A program made the position numbers and the translations under genes. Shown piece by piece: positions 6,118-15,872 of a DNA stretch of 31,774 bases. Position 1 is the first letter of the stretch. Each line of letters begins with the position of its first letter. The notes below the pieces were generated by a model. It was not told the DNA's origin, made no database searches, and saw nothing but the letters and a program-made list of their open reading frames with translations. This DNA is from a virus. Location of the stretch: positions 1 to 31,774 of the IMG/VR virus record IMGVR_UViG_3300023196_000284, one strand, 5' to 3'.

Positions 6118-8124
6118 TTAGTCGGGGTTAGCCATACCAGTTAAATCTACTCGGTAAGGCTTTTCAGTATTTAGAAGACCTGTCATTGTAGATGCGCCTG
6201 TCAATCCAGCAGCTTTTTTAGCTTCTAGGTCTAGCAAGTATTTTTCATAAGCACTTAGACCTTGTAAAGTCTGAATGTTTGCTCTTGGGTCACCAAGTTT
6301 AAATAGCATTGGGCCAAGTTCCTCTGCTGTTTGACCAGCTACGCCTTGACCTTGTGCTTTCAAATAACCTAGCGTTCCTTTAAGTGGGCCTTGCTCAATG
6401 AGTTGACCAATAAAGCTAGGCTCTGCCTCTAAACCTTGACCAGCAATTTGTCTTTCAAATGTTGCAGAATTACCCAAGATTTTCTCTTGAGTCTTACGCA
6501 TCATTGATTCAGTCATCATGTCTTTTTCAAACTGTTTGAAAGTAGCATCATCAGGAAATAATGAAGAAACTCGTGAACGCTCTGCTGGTGAACCAAATAT
6601 GCGCTTACGAATGTCAGCAGTATCTTTAGCAGTTGTAATCTTTTCTTTTACAGCATCCAAAGCACCGACTTTATAAGCCTCTTGCTCAGATGGAGATAAC
6701 TTTGCAAATGTTCTGTTTGCTTCTGATGCTGTTTGTTTATAGAAGTCTTTACCCAACTTGGTAGCATCAAGAAGTTCTGCTTCACCTGCAAATGCTGCTC
6801 TAGCCCTACCAAAATCAGGAACGGCAGTATCTAACTCAGACAAGAATTCATTTTTCTTATTCTTATAGATGTTTCCTAATTTAGAAACTTTGCCAAATGC
6901 GTCTGTTTCGGCATCAATAAGAACATCAAGACCACGCTTAATGTTATCAAGAGTTTCAACAGTAGGACGAGACATATCAACTGTTCTACCTTCAGCAGCT
7001 AATAGTTCTTGTGCTTTCTTTGTCGCAGTCTTGAATTGTGGCAACTCAAGATACTTTAATACGCTAGGGTCAGTTACTTCACCATAAGAATATGCTTTTT
7101 GATAAAGTGGAGTTGAAACTTGTTTTTGTCTTTGAGCAATTGCAGTCGTGTATTCAAAGGGGTCTGTAAATCCACCTAAGTATTTAGAAATATCACCTTG
7201 GATACGCTCACCCTGACCTGCTGCTCGTTCTTCAAGAGCAGTCTTAGCTGTTTGTCTTGCTGTGCTTGGATATTTTTGAGCAACATCAGCAAGTGACCTA
7301 ACATTTTCACCAGCAATATCAACAAGTCCTACTGGCTTAGTAGCCGCAGCAATCATTTTTTCTAGGTCAGCAGGGCTTACCTTATCACGATACAAAGCCT
7401 CTAATAATTTAGCTTTTGCACGATTTGCATAGTCAATACTTTGACCAGTAGCTAATCCTACAGCCTTACCAACTTGCTGAACAACAGGAATACCACTTGT
7501 TACGTCAACAACCTTACCACCAGCCATCCCAACGCCTTTGGCAACAACAGGTGCAGCACCTCCTACAAGACCCCCAAGAATACCACCAGCTTGTGCGCCA
7601 GCCACACGCTCACCAACGCCCGCAGCACCAGCACCACCGAGTGCGCCAGTAAGTGCGCCTGTGACAGCAGATGCGCCAGCCGTAACTCCAGCACGAACCA
7701 ATGGTGCAGCGTCTTTAGCCATTTGTGCATATCTAGCCGTTCCTAAGAATGGTAATAATGCGTATGGCAATCCACCAGCAATTTCAGTTGCTATTGCAGT
7801 CTTAGGATTTTCCTGACCATACTTTTGTTTAGCAAGTTCAAGTGCAGCTAAGTTTTGCTCGTAACTACCTTGACCAGACAATGACTTCATCAATGATTCA
7901 AGTTCATCAGCAAAACCAAATGTTGCACCTTGAGCCAATGAACGCCCTGCACCATACTCAGCAGTTTTACCACCAGATTGTTTAACAAGGTCTAGTGCTT
8001 TGGTAAAAGTTTCTTGAGTAAATCCTTCTTCTTTTAGATACTTGTTAATATCATCAATAGGTGCGTTCTTATCAACCATTATGATAAGGTTTTTACGAAC
8101 TCGCTCAACATTCTCGTAAGCCAT
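6118..8124 (-). CDS. Ejection / internal virion protein candidate (668 aa, P22 gp16 position)
   Basis: Assigned by synteny: third of three large genes after the needle-position gene. It has a Gly/Ala zipper segment, GVTAGASAVTGALTGALGGAGAAGVG...GGILGGLVGGAAP. No enzymatic motif seen. Confidence 0.5.
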   Translation of the reverse strand: MAYENVERVRKNLIIMVDKNAPIDDINKYLKEEGFTQETFTKALDLVKQSGGKTAEYGAGRSLAQGATFGFADELESLMKSLSGQGSYEQNLAALELAKQKYGQENPKTAIATEIAGGLPYALLPFLGTARYAQMAKDAAPLVRAGVTAGASAVTGALTGALGGAGAAGVGERVAGAQAGGILGGLVGGAAPVVAKGVGMAGGKVVDVTSGIPVVQQVGKAVGLATGQSIDYANRAKAKLLEALYRDKVSPADLEKMIAAATKPVGLVDIAGENVRSLADVAQKYPSTARQTAKTALEERAAGQGERIQGDISKYLGGFTDPFEYTTAIAQRQKQVSTPLYQKAYSYGEVTDPSVLKYLELPQFKTATKKAQELLAAEGRTVDMSRPTVETLDNIKRGLDVLIDAETDAFGKVSKLGNIYKNKKNEFLSELDTAVPDFGRARAAFAGEAELLDATKLGKDFYKQTASEANRTFAKLSPSEQEAYKVGALDAVKEKITTAKDTADIRKRIFGSPAERSRVSSLFPDDATFKQFEKDMMTESMMRKTQEKILGNSATFERQIAGQGLEAEPSFIGQLIEQGPLKGTLGYLKAQGQGVAGQTAEELGPMLFKLGDPRANIQTLQGLSAYEKYLLDLEAKKAAGLTGASTMTGLLNTEKPYRVDLTGMANPD

Positions 8125-9503
8125 TATTGACCTCCACGCAATGAGTTGCTAAGTCTTGGACTTAACCCATATGAGTCAGTCATTGATGTTGGCACAGTCA
8201 TGCTTGGTGCTTTAAATGATTTACCAGCAGAATTAACCATATTTTGAGTCAAAATATTACGGAAAATTGCTTTCTGCTTAATTGTTTGCTCATCATCATT
8301 GTATTGAGGAAAGTAGTTAATAAACTCTTGTGTCCACTCATCAGCACCAATTGCTGCGCCTGATTCTTTACGCAAGTTAGCACGAATAAAGTTGTTAGCA
8401 GCTTGTAAGTATTGTCTACGCTCTGGAGACAAACCACCAACAGCTTGAGGAATAACCTCTGGAATTGCTTTACCAATTAAAGGAATAATACTTGTAATTG
8501 CTTCACCAAACTTAGGCGCATTACCTGTAGCTAGTTTTGATGTAATTGATTCTGCTGCAACCATGCGAGATGCAAATCCAGCAGCGTTAGTTTCGCCTTC
8601 AGTTGGCTTTCCAGACTTAGTTAAAGGCTTACCATCTTGACCCAATACTGGAGTCATTTGCATTGTCTTAGGATTAAATGCCATCAATCCTTGGTCTGTT
8701 TCAATAGCTTGGAAACTTACAGGGCCTTCTGGCGCACGTCCTTTAGGTATACGAGAAACTTCTTTGCCACTTGAATCTAATTGAACAATTGCATTTCCAA
8801 TATCTTGATACTGCAATGGCTTTTTAGATTTTTCAAAGTCTAAGAAACTACCTTCAAAACCTTGGCTTTTTGCTAAGTTGTATTGTGCAATCTCAGTAGG
8901 TACTGGCTCACGCTTTTGTGCGCCTTCAGCAACAGTTTCAACTTTTCCAGTAATAGGATTAACACGGATAAGTTTTGCACCCTCTGCCAATGAAGTAGTT
9001 TCACCAGCCATTGCTTTCTGAGAAGAAATCAACTCAGTCAGGGCTTTACGTCCTTCTGGAGAAGCCATCAATTGTGGCATTGCTTTTTGTAAATCAAATC
9101 CACCAGCAGTCATGCCTTGACCTACTTGCTGACCCATCATGTCCTCACCATAAATCTCTTGAGGCTTGGTTACAGCACCTTGGATAACACCTTGAATTCG
9201 TTGTTGTTCAGCTAATTGTTGTTGCTCTAACTGACGCTTACGAATCATGTCTTGCAATTGCACGTTTTGTAGTTGGCTTTGCAATGTGTCTTGCATACCG
9301 CCTTTATAGGCTTTCTGACCTAGTTGCAAGCCTTCAGCAATAGACTGTCCAGTATTTCCACCTTGGAATAATCTGCCAGCTAATGCGTAAAGGGCTTGTG
9401 CTTGTGCATCGTCACGATTACGAGCAATGTCCTCTGGAGACATACCCAGAAGACCCATAGTGCTTGAGCCACCAGTACCAAAAATGTCTAATAGTCCAGC
9501 CAT
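8124..9503 (-). CDS. Ejection / internal virion protein candidate (459 aa, P22 gp20 position)
   Basis: TAATG overlap with the downstream gene. It has a Gln-rich coiled region (QSQLQNVQLQDMIRKRQLEQQQLAEQQRIQ). Size and order mirror the P22 ejection proteins. Confidence 0.5.
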   Translation of the reverse strand: MAGLLDIFGTGGSSTMGLLGMSPEDIARNRDDAQAQALYALAGRLFQGGNTGQSIAEGLQLGQKAYKGGMQDTLQSQLQNVQLQDMIRKRQLEQQQLAEQQRIQGVIQGAVTKPQEIYGEDMMGQQVGQGMTAGGFDLQKAMPQLMASPEGRKALTELISSQKAMAGETTSLAEGAKLIRVNPITGKVETVAEGAQKREPVPTEIAQYNLAKSQGFEGSFLDFEKSKKPLQYQDIGNAIVQLDSSGKEVSRIPKGRAPEGPVSFQAIETDQGLMAFNPKTMQMTPVLGQDGKPLTKSGKPTEGETNAAGFASRMVAAESITSKLATGNAPKFGEAITSIIPLIGKAIPEVIPQAVGGLSPERRQYLQAANNFIRANLRKESGAAIGADEWTQEFINYFPQYNDDEQTIKQKAIFRNILTQNMVNSAGKSFKAPSMTVPTSMTDSYGLSPRLSNSLRGGQ

Positions 9504-9505
9504 GT

Positions 9506-10387
9506 TTAACCTACTTGAAAGTAAGGATTGATTACAGCATCAGCATTGGTATTTCCACTTAACCAATTAGTACCGCTATTCCACAAGTTGCCAATACCAG
9601 TAGAGCCACCTAGATTCTTGTACAAGCCACCACCAACAGCCGCTAAACCCAAAGCATTTTGTAGCATGGATGTGTCTTGTGTTCCGCTAGTTGTAGAAGA
9701 AGCTACTCGTCCTAATGGGTTTCCATAGACAAGTGATAGATAGTTTTGTAAGTTCTGCTGTGGTTGGTTTTGCAAGAAGTTGAACTTAGCCATGTCAGAC
9801 TGCATTTGCTGACCTTGGTAGCCTTCACGCAGTTGACCTGCTTGCAACATATTCTGAATATCTTGGTAGTCAGCTTGAGCCATTTGAGGCGCAGCCATCG
9901 TAGCGGCTTGTTGTCTTGCTCGCTCATCAGCATAGTTCTGATAAGCCAACTGTCCAGCCGTATTAGTCAATTGTTGACTAAACTGACCAGTAGCCCTGTC
10001 TTGCAAAGAACCCATAGCACCAGAACCATAACGCCCTGCTAGGCTTGATTTAGATGCAATATCTCCTAGAGTCGTTTTAAACTGAGTCTCAGCCGCTTGT
10101 GCAGCAGGTTGAAATGCACCTTGAAAGAATGGATTTCCACCCAAGAAGCCACCAGAAACTGTGTTTTGCAACTGATTCTGTGCAGACTGTAATAGTGGAT
10201 TACCCAAAGAAGCACGAGCCTCTAAAGCCTGTAATCCTGTCTGAGTGGTAGTGGAGGGTGCAACATAAGTTGGGCCACCATAGTATTGAGGGCCACCACC
10301 CTGATACAGTTGTTGCGCTTGTTGTAATCCATAACCTAAATAAGGTTGGATTGTTGGGTCAATTTGAGATGTGGTAGTAGTGGCCAT
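9506..10387 (-). CDS. Ejection / internal virion protein candidate (293 aa, Gln/Gly-rich)
   Basis: ATG 10387 is preceded by TAGGAGTAAAAG. The composition is low-complexity Q/G/Y. It is the first of the three-gene block. Confidence 0.5.
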   Translation of the reverse strand: MATTTTSQIDPTIQPYLGYGLQQAQQLYQGGGPQYYGGPTYVAPSTTTQTGLQALEARASLGNPLLQSAQNQLQNTVSGGFLGGNPFFQGAFQPAAQAAETQFKTTLGDIASKSSLAGRYGSGAMGSLQDRATGQFSQQLTNTAGQLAYQNYADERARQQAATMAAPQMAQADYQDIQNMLQAGQLREGYQGQQMQSDMAKFNFLQNQPQQNLQNYLSLVYGNPLGRVASSTTSGTQDTSMLQNALGLAAVGGGLYKNLGGSTGIGNLWNSGTNWLSGNTNADAVINPYFQVG

Positions 10388-10457
10388 CTTTTACTCCTAA
10401 AAGTTCGGATTCCGAGATGGGTCATCCACGGAAACCATTATACATAAATTATTAAAA
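10388..10457 (-). promoter_or_regulatory. Intergenic structured region: TTGGTT-17-TATAAT promoter-like box, imperfect 30-nt hairpin, strong SD
   Basis: The minus strand reads TGATTTTAATAATTTATGTATAATGGTTTCCGTGGATGACCCATCTCGGAATCCGAACTTTTAGGAGTAAAAGATG. TATAAT lies at 10437-10442 and the hairpin at 10407-10436. The two readings partly exclude each other. Confidence 0.3.
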
Positions 10458-11240
10458 TCAACCAATAATTGCATATCTATACGTCTTATTAGCCGTTGAA
10501 TTGGCAAAGTGGCTAATCGTAGCCGTACCCTGTCCTTGAGAACTAGCGTAAATGTTTGTTGAGGCAGCGAGTGACACTAAGTTAACAGTCGCTATTACAG
10601 ATGGCGTAGCTGGCCTAGTAGGACTTGTTCCAGCAACATAATGCTCAATAATTACACCAGTATCTGACGCTCTCCACATCAACTGAATGTAGTCATTAGC
10701 CGCCAAATCTACAAAGAAATTCATTGCCCCAATCAAGTGATATGGGTCACCAGATGCTTTTCTCTGGGCTAAACCAAATCTACTATTGGAAGCAGCTATA
10801 TCTGTTCCATTCTTTCTAAACCAAATATCAGCATCTTGTGAGTCATTGGTAGTATTTTTTAATTGAATACTAAATTGTATGTTATATAACCCTGCCGCTT
10901 TTACATTTAACCTAGAACTATTTGATAAAGTAACTCCATTAGAGAAGTCTGTTGTATCAAAAGTAATAGGATAGGCAGTCGTTGTATTAGCTACAGTCTG
11001 GTCTGTTCCATCTTGAAAAGAACCATAAGGAGAGTAATCAGCAAAAGCCGCAGCAGAAGCAGGAACAAAGACAATCACACTATCTGGGCCAATCCTTCGG
11101 TCTGTCAAAGTGGTAGTTAAAGCACCACCAGTTGCCAGAGTCAAAGTTCCTGTGTTATTGGTCTTTCCGTCCATGATGCCACGGACAACTTCAGAAACAG
11201 CCCTCTGGTCACCACCAAATGCGGGTAGGCTTCTAAACAT
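10458..11240 (-). CDS. Tail needle-position protein with a C1q/TNF-like C-terminal jelly-roll knob
   Basis: The C-terminal pattern is AGLYNIQFSIQL...DIWFRKNGTDIAASNSRF...GAMNFFVDLAANDYIQLMW, which is typical of the C1q/BclA-CTD fold. It occupies the P22 gp26 slot after the hub-like gene. Confidence 0.55.
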   Translation of the reverse strand: MFRSLPAFGGDQRAVSEVVRGIMDGKTNNTGTLTLATGGALTTTLTDRRIGPDSVIVFVPASAAAFADYSPYGSFQDGTDQTVANTTTAYPITFDTTDFSNGVTLSNSSRLNVKAAGLYNIQFSIQLKNTTNDSQDADIWFRKNGTDIAASNSRFGLAQRKASGDPYHLIGAMNFFVDLAANDYIQLMWRASDTGVIIEHYVAGTSPTRPATPSVIATVNLVSLAASTNIYASSQGQGTATISHFANSTANKTYRYAIIG

Positions 11241-12673
11241 CAGCGCACACCCTGACCAGTTACGTCTACATCAATGGCTACGGCATTAGTCCAGTTACCA
11301 GTAGGAACTAACTGAATCCTATGGTATCTACCAGAACTACGCAAAGAAACCCTGTTCTCTGAGTCAGCAGCCACGGCAGTACCAAAGGTAACATCTTGGC
11401 TTAACAGTTGCCTAGAGGCTACAGCAATGGTTGCTGAACCACTATCTACCTGTGGACGAGCCAAAGTAACAACCGATTGACCACCTAAATCAATGTCACC
11501 AGTAGCAATTTGACCTGTCGCACTAGAGCCTGTATAGGTATATACCTTTGCGCCTAGCGTACCTCCAAGGAAGTATTTACCACCAACATAAAGACGAGAA
11601 TCAAGACTTGTAGTCAATGCGTCAATAGATGAGTTAATACTATCCAGTTGTTCAAGTGTTACAGAAGTTGATGATGCTTCAGATAAGTAATCTGTACCTG
11701 CATCCGCATAAGTCCATCTCTTTGTAGCAAAGTTGTAAATCATCAGTTTACGATTTCCATCTGTAGCTACATAGTTCCAAATCACTAATTTACGGATAGG
11801 GTCAACAGCAGAAGACATAGTTCCATAGTCAGATTCAGATGCGTCATCAATAAAGAATCTATCAACCTTTTCGCTACCAATTGGCACGACTTGCTGACCA
11901 TCACACATATAGAAACCATCATCCGATAGGAAGAATGTTATTCCTTGGTACTGAGCAATAGAGCCAGCTACCATACATCCCTTATTACGAGAGATATTGT
12001 CAAACTGGAATATGAACGGAGTTCCTACATAGGTCATTCGGCTAATGGCTCTTTCTAAGAACACTAAGCCAAACTCACCACCACGGATTCCTACAATCTG
12101 TCCACCATCAGGAATATCTTGATAGTCAGACTGAGTGTTTACATTCTCTGTCCAATCTGTCTCATCATTGATAGCTGACCATCTAACACGATACTGTTGT
12201 TGCGTTGTTTCGAGCGTATTAGCAACTACAACAAAATCACGCACAACAGTAATGTATTTAGCAATAGGCGCAGTAGCACTTAAATCAGCAAATGCTGTAG
12301 ATGTGCCTAGCGTCCATGCTTGCAACTTATCAGCGTTATTAGTTGTAATAACAGATTTACCAAATTGGGTAAAACGCACCTTATCTGTAATTCCTGTAGT
12401 CATGCCTGACTTAACTAAAGTCAATGCGCCTACGCCACTTACTGTATAAATCTTAGATGCACCAGAAGTAAACAACTGAGTAGTGGAGTCTGGATTCTTT
12501 GCAGCGTATAAAGAAACTAAGTCTTCAGCCGCAGAAGCAGAAAATGATACAGCACTTGGAAATGGGCCGTAACCCACCGCCTGAGAAACTACATTCTTAG
12601 CATCAGTTAGCGCACCAGTAATACCTGACTGGTCAGGCATCCACTCACCAAGTTGTACTCTTTGTGTAGGCAT
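11240..12673 (-). CDS. Tail hub / tail tubular protein candidate (P22 gp10 position)
   Basis: 477 aa from ATG 12673 (MPTQRVQLGEWMPDQSG...), which lies 1 nt after the upstream TAA. The track start at 12730 would add 19 odd residues and a 56-nt overlap. Confidence 0.55.
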   Translation of the reverse strand: MPTQRVQLGEWMPDQSGITGALTDAKNVVSQAVGYGPFPSAVSFSASAAEDLVSLYAAKNPDSTTQLFTSGASKIYTVSGVGALTLVKSGMTTGITDKVRFTQFGKSVITTNNADKLQAWTLGTSTAFADLSATAPIAKYITVVRDFVVVANTLETTQQQYRVRWSAINDETDWTENVNTQSDYQDIPDGGQIVGIRGGEFGLVFLERAISRMTYVGTPFIFQFDNISRNKGCMVAGSIAQYQGITFFLSDDGFYMCDGQQVVPIGSEKVDRFFIDDASESDYGTMSSAVDPIRKLVIWNYVATDGNRKLMIYNFATKRWTYADAGTDYLSEASSTSVTLEQLDSINSSIDALTTSLDSRLYVGGKYFLGGTLGAKVYTYTGSSATGQIATGDIDLGGQSVVTLARPQVDSGSATIAVASRQLLSQDVTFGTAVAADSENRVSLRSSGRYHRIQLVPTGNWTNAVAIDVDVTGQGVR

Positions 12674-12674
12674 A

Positions 12675-13295
12675 TTAAATGTATGTTGTTTGCATTGCCA
12701 AAGGAACGCCAGAATACTGACCCTTCTCATCAGAGCGAGTCAAAGAACTCATAGCCCTATCAAACATAGTTCCCCATGTATTGATTCGAGCATCGTTCAT
12801 CAAGTAAGGCTCTGCCTCTAACAAAGACGCATACAAAAGTAAATCAGGACAAACAGTCAAGAATGTATTGCTTGTGTTTGATGTGCTCAAAAAAGGAGGG
12901 GCAATAGAATAAACCAAACTCAATGTGTAGTTACTATCTGGAATAGGTGCTAACTTAAATGTCGTAGCCAAAACTGTATAGTTCAATGGCTTACCAGCGT
13001 CCATACTTCTTGAGTTACGAGAAAACAAAGACGGAGATTCATAGTTCAATGGCATTACTGGATTACCAGTAACCACAAAATCTTTTACTTCTAAAAAGTC
13101 AGATGGAATCGTAACTGTAGCAGTTCCAGATGTGCAGGTTAGCGTTGTAGTTGATAACATCTGACGAATACGCAAGTCTCTGCGTAAACGAGTTTCTGCC
13201 AAACGGATAAAATCTGGAATCTGAGTAGTTAGGTCTGAACGAGCCAAGTACCCTGCGATAGTTGTCTGTAGTTCAGCATAGGTAGTAAAACTCAT
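12675..13295 (-). CDS. Head-tail adaptor / neck protein candidate
   Basis: ATG 13295 forms an ATGA overlap with the upstream stop; the track start at 13319 is 8 codons longer. The N-terminal motif YAELQTTIAGYLARSDLTTQIPDFIRLAETRLRRDL recurs in podovirus neck proteins as I recall. It sits in the P22 gp4 slot. Confidence 0.5.
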   Translation of the reverse strand: MSFTTYAELQTTIAGYLARSDLTTQIPDFIRLAETRLRRDLRIRQMLSTTTLTCTSGTATVTIPSDFLEVKDFVVTGNPVMPLNYESPSLFSRNSRSMDAGKPLNYTVLATTFKLAPIPDSNYTLSLVYSIAPPFLSTSNTSNTFLTVCPDLLLYASLLEAEPYLMNDARINTWGTMFDRAMSSLTRSDEKGQYSGVPLAMQTTYI

Positions 13296-13606
13296 ACAAC
13301 TCCTGTTCTTGTGCGCCATGCACGATTCATTGGGTCATTTAACCAAGCAGCAAAACGCTTTTCATCAAGAACAGCAAAGCCACGCATGATTCCAACTTTA
13401 TTTAAGTCATCAATGACTGTCATTGGAATAGATGCAACCTTGTTACCAAACAACTGGTCAGACCATCTTGCTCTCTCGTCATACGAGTTATATTCTTTTT
13501 TGTTCTGCTCAATAATGTCAGACACATCTTGACGAGTCTGAATAACGATACCGCCCTCACCATCAGCATGGACAGCAGTTTCACGGAAATTGTTAGGATT
13601 TTGCAT
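13292..13606 (-). CDS. Hypothetical 104-aa virion-module protein
   Basis: ATG 13606. It is the first gene after the capsid terminator. No motif recognised. Confidence 0.6.
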   Translation of the reverse strand: MQNPNNFRETAVHADGEGGIVIQTRQDVSDIIEQNKKEYNSYDERARWSDQLFGNKVASIPMTVIDDLNKVGIMRGFAVLDEKRFAAWLNDPMNRAWRTRTGVV

Positions 13607-13630
13607 AGCCTAATTCTATCAGTTTGAGTA

Positions 13631-13671
13631 GAAAAGAAAATGCCCCAGAGGTTTATGTCTGAGGCATTTTT
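13631..13671 (-). terminator. Rho-independent terminator after the capsid gene
   Basis: The minus-strand RNA has stem AUGCCUCAGA, an 8-nt loop, and AUGCCCCAGA-complement (10 bp including one G-U pair). It is followed by UUUUCUUUUC. Confidence 0.7.
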
Positions 13672-13686
13672 GAGGGTTACCTTAGA

Positions 13687-14637
13687 TTAAGGTGTAATGT
13701 CAGCAATGATGCCGTGTGCAGCTTGGTTTTTAACTTCCAAGGTGTACTCGCACAGCAATTGAGTGCTTTCATTGTCGCCAGTTACAGCCAACTCGTTGGT
13801 CTGGAAAGGACGCAAGTAAGCGATAGCAGCCATGTCAGGGTCAAGCACAAATGCTGTCTCATCACATGAGTTAGTGGAAGTCATAAAGCGGTTAGGAACA
13901 ATTGAAATTGCACCGAAATCGCTCAAATAAACATCCGCAGCAGAAATGATGGTTGTAGGCGCATTGCTAGGGGCCATGAAACGCTGTGCAGCAATACCTG
14001 TGAAGGCAGAAACCAACTGCTTGTGAGCAGGGTTAACCATCAACACTTTAGGATTGCCACCAGCAGAATAAACGCTCTTAACAACAGATTGCAACAAGGC
14101 TTCTGTGAAAGTGCGGTTAGTGCCGTTTACACGAGCAGTTGTACCCAAAGAACCAGCAACACCATCAGTACCGCCAGAGTAGTTTGTGTTCAACCATGCT
14201 TGCAGACCGCCCAATTTACGAGCAGTAGAAGAATCACCATTAGAAGCAATTTGATTGCTCAGAACAGAAGTCTCCATGTCACGCTTGATTTCGCTAGATG
14301 CTTTAGCCAACTGATAAGCCTTTTCAGACTTACGACCAGCTTTGTCAACTGATTGCAAAGTGCCAGAAATCTTAATAGTTTTCTGTGCAATCTGAGTGCG
14401 GTTACCTACACGAGTTGTAGGAGACATAGTAGCATCAGATGCCGTTGCACCCTCGACTGCAAAATTTGATAAAGATGCAGCCGCAAGCGAATCCAATTGC
14501 CACTCGTGCAGAACAGCAGTAGCTTTGGTTTTACCTACAGACGAAAAAAATGGTGTGTCTGTTGGTGAGATGTTATAGATAACATCCGAAAGGTCTTCAC
14601 GCATACCGATTGCGGTATATGTTTGATAGGTAGCCAT
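13687..14637 (-). CDS. Major capsid protein (HK97 fold, SU10/DUF5309-like type)
   Basis: The N-terminal motif is GMREDLSDVIYNISPTDTPFFSSVG...LHEWQLDSL. 316 aa. It lies directly after the acidic scaffold gene and is followed by a terminator. Confidence 0.85.
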   Translation of the reverse strand: MATYQTYTAIGMREDLSDVIYNISPTDTPFFSSVGKTKATAVLHEWQLDSLAAASLSNFAVEGATASDATMSPTTRVGNRTQIAQKTIKISGTLQSVDKAGRKSEKAYQLAKASSEIKRDMETSVLSNQIASNGDSSTARKLGGLQAWLNTNYSGGTDGVAGSLGTTARVNGTNRTFTEALLQSVVKSVYSAGGNPKVLMVNPAHKQLVSAFTGIAAQRFMAPSNAPTTIISAADVYLSDFGAISIVPNRFMTSTNSCDETAFVLDPDMAAIAYLRPFQTNELAVTGDNESTQLLCEYTLEVKNQAAHGIIADITP

Positions 14638-14655
14638 AATTTAATACTCCAAAAT

Positions 14656-15579
14656 TTAAAAGAATTGTTCAAATGCTTTTGCTGCGTCAGTAACTTTTCC
14701 AGTTTCACGCAACCTTTGCATAACCTGTTTATCTTGTGAAGACCTAGTAACTGGTGCTGAAGTACCAGAACGCATCATCTTAGGGGCAGACTGAAGTTTT
14801 TTATTCAACTCTGGTTTGCTCTTTTGAAGTTGCTCATACTTCATTGCCTTATACAAGGTTTGCACAGCACGACTGTCATACACGGAACTAAGTTCTTGGT
14901 CAGTCCAACCTACAGATTTCGCATAGTCACGGATTTGTTTCCGTACCGCATCACCCTGTGGTGTAGCTAACTCAGGAATCAGACTAATTAGCTTCTCAGA
15001 TTCTTGACGGAGATGGTTTTGCAGAGAGGCTTGTTGCTCGGCTTGTTGCTGTTGAGCAATGCGTTGCTGTTCATTCCTGACTACTGCTAACTGCTTCTCA
15101 CGTTGGCTCTGTTCAGCTACCGCTACCGCATAACCGATAGGGTCTGTTTCCTTTAAAACTTCTAAGTCCACACTCTGATGTTGCTGCGTAAGGAAGCTAT
15201 CCAAGGCTTGCAACTTCTGAGCGTATGCCTGTCGCTCTTGTTTAACATACTCTAAGTGACCACGTTCAGCTTCAATTGCCTTACGTTGTTCAGCTAGAGC
15301 CTGAGACTTTTTAGTGTAGTCCGTACCTTGTTGATAACCCTTGATAAGTTCGTCTAGTTCTACTTCGACTTCCTCACCAGATGCCTTGACTTTATATCTA
15401 GGCTTGGGTTGTTCTTCTTCTTCAGAATACTCAACTTCATCAGTCTCTTGAACTTCCTCTGACTGTTCCTCGGCTTGGCTGTTGTCAGCTTCCTCAGAAT
15501 CACCCATCAGACTTTCAAACGCTGAAGCGGCTTGGTTTACATTTAGGTTTTCACTCCCTTGTGGGTTGGTGTTTTCCAT
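14656..15579 (-). CDS. Scaffolding protein
   Basis: 307 aa. The N-terminus is very acidic (SEEADNSQAEEQSEEVQETDEVEYSEEEE), followed by long Gln/Glu-rich coiled coil. It sits immediately upstream of the capsid gene. Confidence 0.75.
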   Translation of the reverse strand: MENTNPQGSENLNVNQAASAFESLMGDSEEADNSQAEEQSEEVQETDEVEYSEEEEQPKPRYKVKASGEEVEVELDELIKGYQQGTDYTKKSQALAEQRKAIEAERGHLEYVKQERQAYAQKLQALDSFLTQQHQSVDLEVLKETDPIGYAVAVAEQSQREKQLAVVRNEQQRIAQQQQAEQQASLQNHLRQESEKLISLIPELATPQGDAVRKQIRDYAKSVGWTDQELSSVYDSRAVQTLYKAMKYEQLQKSKPELNKKLQSAPKMMRSGTSAPVTRSSQDKQVMQRLRETGKVTDAAKAFEQFF

Positions 15580-15632
15580 TTGTCATCTCAATAATCGCCA
15601 GAAACCTTCTGGACGGAGGTGTAGCCTAAAAG

Positions 15633-15872
15633 CTACAGAATTTTCCACTTCTTCTCTCTAATTACAGTTTCCGAGGCCAAGCCTTCAAGGTGTCCTGTAA
15701 TCAGTTCTAATGTCTTTATGTGCCTGTAAGCATCTTCACGCCTATCAGATTCTTCTGCACTTGTGTTAATTATTACACTAATCTGTTCGTTTTTCAAGTT
15801 ATTTAATACTTCTTTGAAAAAGTCATCATTTAGTAAGTTTTTAGCCCATTGTGCTAACAGGTGTTTGTCCAT
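15633..15872 (-). CDS. Hypothetical 79-aa protein between the portal-proximal gene and the scaffold
   Basis: ATG 15872. It overlaps the upstream gene by 32 nt. Helical; no motif. Confidence 0.55.
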   Translation of the reverse strand: MDKHLLAQWAKNLLNDDFFKEVLNNLKNEQISVIINTSAEESDRREDAYRHIKTLELITGHLEGLASETVIREKKWKIL

